Of a stretch of 64,000 bases of DNA, positions 60,570-64,000 are shown in pieces. The DNA is from Lama guanicoe. Lineage: Eukaryota. The notes under the pieces are model-generated. The model saw only the letters and a list, made by a program, of their open reading frames with translations. It was not told where the DNA came from and ran no database searches. Within the stretch, counting starts at the first letter, position 1, and each line of letters opens with the position of its first letter. The DNA is taken from NCBI GenBank assembly GCA_013239625.1, contig MU053504.1, positions 808,001-872,000 of the forward strand, given 5' to 3'. Both the position numbers and the translations under genes were made by a program.

Positions 60570-60790
60570 AGCATAGCCTGGTGCTGAGACTCAGGCTGGG
60601 AGTCAGACCTCACCCCTCAAGGTGACTCCCAGCGCCGCTACCTACTTGGATAAATTTCCTGAGCTCTGTGTCTCAGTTTCCTCATCTGTGAAATGGAGAT
60701 GACAGCAACAAATGTATTTCGAGGATTAAGTCAGCTAATACAGGTATAATACTTGAAGCCAAGCCTGGCACGTAGGAGGCGCTCAGTCCC
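60570..60790 (+). mobile_element. MIR SINE
   Basis: ctctgtgtctcagtttcctcatctgtgaaatggagatgac...cctggcacgtaggaggcgctca. Confidence 0.85.
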
Positions 60791-62137
60791 AGCTCACTGC
60801 GCGTGACATCTAGCCAGTGCTGTAAGCGTCCTTGTTTTGTGCTGCTGGGTTTTCCTTACCTGTGGGAGTGGAAATGACCCACGTCAGTTCTTGTACATAG
60901 TAGTGCTCACAAAACAACACAAGCTGTTGAGAGTGAACAAGAGCTTGGTGTTTTTCCCTGTGGCTTTTGTGTGATCAGGGGAGGGCAAATTGAGCGGAAA
61001 CCTGACTGGTGGGATTAAATAGTTACTGGGACTGAGTGCCGAGGGCCCGGCCTGCCTCTAGGTGTCTCTGTGGGATCCACAGGTCTGGAATCGTGGATTC
61101 TCAGACCTGGAAAGCCTGATGGGACCCGAAAGAGCCGTCAGTCCACGCTCCTCACTCTCTGTGGGGCTGAGAAAAGAGCATCCCTGAGGGAGAAAGAGGC
61201 CGGCCGGGCTCACACAGCGGGTCTCTGGCAAGGCCTGGGTAGCATGCCAAGCCCCCTGTCATCCAGACCAAGGCTTTTTAAAACTGAGCTGTGCTGGAAG
61301 TTTCCATCATTAAAGCTAGAAATCTGACAGGATCCCAAATTCTGTGGGAAATAGCAAAGTAATAATAATGGAACCCATCGTTTCTGGCCACTTACTGGGC
61401 TGAGCGCTTGGCATGGAAGATCCCAGTGGTACTCACGGTGACCCTGGGTAGTGTGCCTAGTTATCATCAAGTCCATCCAACCAGTGAGGAAACTAGGCTC
61501 AGAGAGGCACAGCAGCTTGCTCAAGGCCACACAGTGAGAGGCAGAGCCAGGATGACGACTCCCAGCAGCCTGACTGCCACACCCACGCTGTTCACGTGGC
61601 ATCTCTTCTCCCTGACAGGTAGAGACACTGAGGCCCAGGGGTGCAGGCATCCTGCCTGCTTGGCCCCTCTCATATTTCTGTCAGTCAGTGTATCCTTCTG
61701 GGAGGCAGAGGTGGCGGGTGTTCCCAAGATGTGTTTCCGTCCCATACTGAAGAAGGAAGTGTCTATTTTCACAGCCGAAACTGCTTTCCTATTGACTGGG
61801 GCGTTCCTGGGACAGGTCTTCTGATGGAGCTCTCCGCAAGGTGGGTTTTCCCTGCCAGGTGTCTTGCCAGGCCCTCTGTCCAGGGATGCAAAACAGCTGA
61901 GGCGGAAGTTGGCCGTGGTATAGAATTGGTTCTTTGTGTCTGTAAGATTTCCTGGCACATCCGTTTGGGGGCGCCGGGGGTTGGATGGCTACAGATTAAT
62001 GCCAGGAGCTGAGGGAGATCAGGTGCGCGAATCAGGAGGAAGCTTGGAAGCCGGGAGTGAGGGATGAGCCTGTAGGCGGAAGGGACAGAGCTGGAGCGTG
62101 TGGGTGACGGTGCCAGGTGGTCTCTAGGCCCCCATTC

Positions 62138-62929
62138 TTTTTTTTTTTAATTAAAGTATAGTTGGTTTACAATATTGTGTCAGTCTCTAGTGTACAGCAT
62201 AGTGATTCAGTTGTACATATATATATATATATATGCTCTTTTTCATATTCTGTTTCATTATGGGTTACTACAAGTTATTGAACATAGTTCACTGTGCTGT
62301 ACAGTAGGACTTTGTCGTTTATCTGTTTTATATATAGTAGTCAGTATCTGCAAATCCCAAATTCCTAATTTATCCTTCCCCCATCTTCTTTCCCCTTTGG
62401 TAACCATAAGGTTGTTTTCTATGTCTGAGTCTGTTTCTGTTTCATAAATAAGTTCATTGGTGTCATTTTTTAAGATTCCACATATAAGTGATACCATATG
62501 ATATTTGTCTGTTTCTGTCTGACTTACTTCACTTAGTATGATAATCTCTAGGTCCATCCATGTTGCTGCAAATGGCATTATTTTATTCTTTTTTATGGCT
62601 GAGTAGTATTCCATTGTAGAAATATACCACATCTTTTTTATCCAGTCATCTGTCAATGGACATTTAGATTGCTTCCCTTTCTTGACTGTTGTAAATAGTG
62701 CTGCTATGAGCACTGGGGTGCATGTATCTTTTCAAATTAGAGTTTTCTCTGAGGCTATGCCTAGGAGTGGGATTGCTGGATCATATGGTAGTTCTATTTT
62801 TAGTTTTTTAAGGAACCTCCATACTGTTTTCCATAATGGCTGCACCAAATGACGTTCCCACCAACAGTGAGGGAGGGTTCCTTTTTCTCCACACACTCTC
62901 CAGCATTTATTTGTAGACTTTTTAATGAT
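62138..62929 (-). mobile_element. 5'-truncated LINE-1 (relatively young): ORF2 C-terminus, 3' UTR and poly(A), antisense in the SIRPA intron
   Basis: Minus-strand translation gives KCWRVCGEKGTLPHCWW...[28 protein letters not shown] and IAALFT...[34 protein letters not shown], the L1 ORF2p C-terminal cysteine-rich region. One in-frame stop at 62732-62734. T-run at 62138-62148. Confidence 0.95.
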
Positions 62930-63439
62930 ATAGAACCCCCCCTCTTCTTCAAAGCCCACAGTGTCCTCCAGAAGTGGCAGCCTGTGCTGGAGGGAAATCA
63001 TGTATGATGTGCTAGCCGAGCTGTGAATCCTTGCTGTCTCTTCCTTATCTTTTTATTTTGGAACATTTCAAACATTTGCAAAATGAAGAATGGTGTGAGG
63101 AACCCCAGCTTCAGCACTCACCTGCCATTTGGGTTTCACCTGCCCCTCCCTTTTCTGGGTTTGTGGTTGTGGGGAGGATTATAAAGCAGACGCTGGACAT
63201 GAGGCATCATTTCATCCATCGATACTTGGATGTGTGCCATTGTCTAATCCAGTGTCTAATACAATGAGCTGAAAAGCATACAGTCCTTCATCCCCACTTG
63301 ACAGGTAAGGAAACTGAGGCTCTCCAAAGCCAAGCTGGGCTTTACCCAAGGCCACATAGCCAATGAGAGTTAAATAAAGCTGGATCTAAACCTCAGTTTA
63401 CTCTTAACCACTTTTCCATCCTTGTTATGGTCATTTTAA

Positions 63440-63895
63440 TCTTTATTCGTTCAACAAGTAATTTTGAGCATCTGCTGTGTGTAGGGCTGGCTCTTGGTGC
63501 TGGGAATACACCCACAGACAAAAATACCTGCTCTCATGGCGCTGACAGTCTAGTGAGGAAGGAACACAGATCCAAGTAAACATTACAGCAGGTGGAGACA
63601 GCGTCTATGCAGAAAACTGAACAGGATAAAGTGGATAGAAGATTGAGTGGGAACAGAGGGCCTCTCTGAGGAGCAGAGGTTTTGATAAAACTGAGGGAGC
63701 AGCCATGGGAATATCGGGGGAAGAGCATGCCACACAGAAGGGATAGCAAGTGCAAAGGCCCTGAGGCTGGAATGGATTAGCTCTGTTCTGGGAACAGCCA
63801 ATGAGGTTGGAGTTAAGGGAGACAGGCAGTGGGAGAGTTAGGAGAGGTCAGGGCCAGACCAAGTAGGATCTGATTCACTGAGCACTTGACTTTGA
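63440..63895 (-). mobile_element. LINE-2 fragment
   Basis: ttattcgttcaacaagtaattttgagcatctgc start; gcaagtgcaaaggccctgaggctgga. Confidence 0.8.
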
Positions 63896-64000
63896 ACATG
63901 TGAGGTCAGGTGATAGGATCTGTACATTATCTCATTGAATTCTCACCACAGTTCTGTGCGATGGGAAGTATTATTATACCCACTGGGCAGATGACGAGAT

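Noticed and set aside
62258..63001. 151-aa and 89-aa ORFs as host genes
   Set aside because: Truncated L1 ORF2 remnants with an in-frame stop, extended into 3' UTR and flank.
1..64000. CRISPR array, operon or other prokaryotic-type system
   Set aside because: The sequence is clearly mammalian; no regularly spaced repeat-spacer structure or dense coding region.

Overview
Mammalian genomic DNA, most likely from a camelid: it carries a vic-1-like tRNA-Ala-derived SINE and a cetartiodactyl-type SIRPA signal peptide. The only gene I can support is the 5' end of SIRPA on the + strand. It comprises a CpG-island promoter (~55.1-56.5 kb), a probable non-coding first exon ending at 55445, and the signal-peptide exon (ATG 56300, phase-1 donor after 56378), followed by more than 7.6 kb of intron with no IgV exon before the window ends. 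The ~55 kb upstream appear gene-free. They are dominated by ancient repeats (MIR, L2, MER5/MER58, MLT1/LTR16, L1M, L3), interleaved with short unique islands that carry transcription-factor motif clusters. Apart from SIRPA and L1 remnants, the ORF track looks spurious. I found no new protein-coding system. The best leads are regulatory: isoform-specific upstream AUGs in the SIRPA leader, a CRE/MEF2/tandem-octamer module at 19 kb, recurrent RFX X-boxes, a YY1-RFX composite and a perfect DR1. Repeat boundaries and subfamily names are by eye and approximate.
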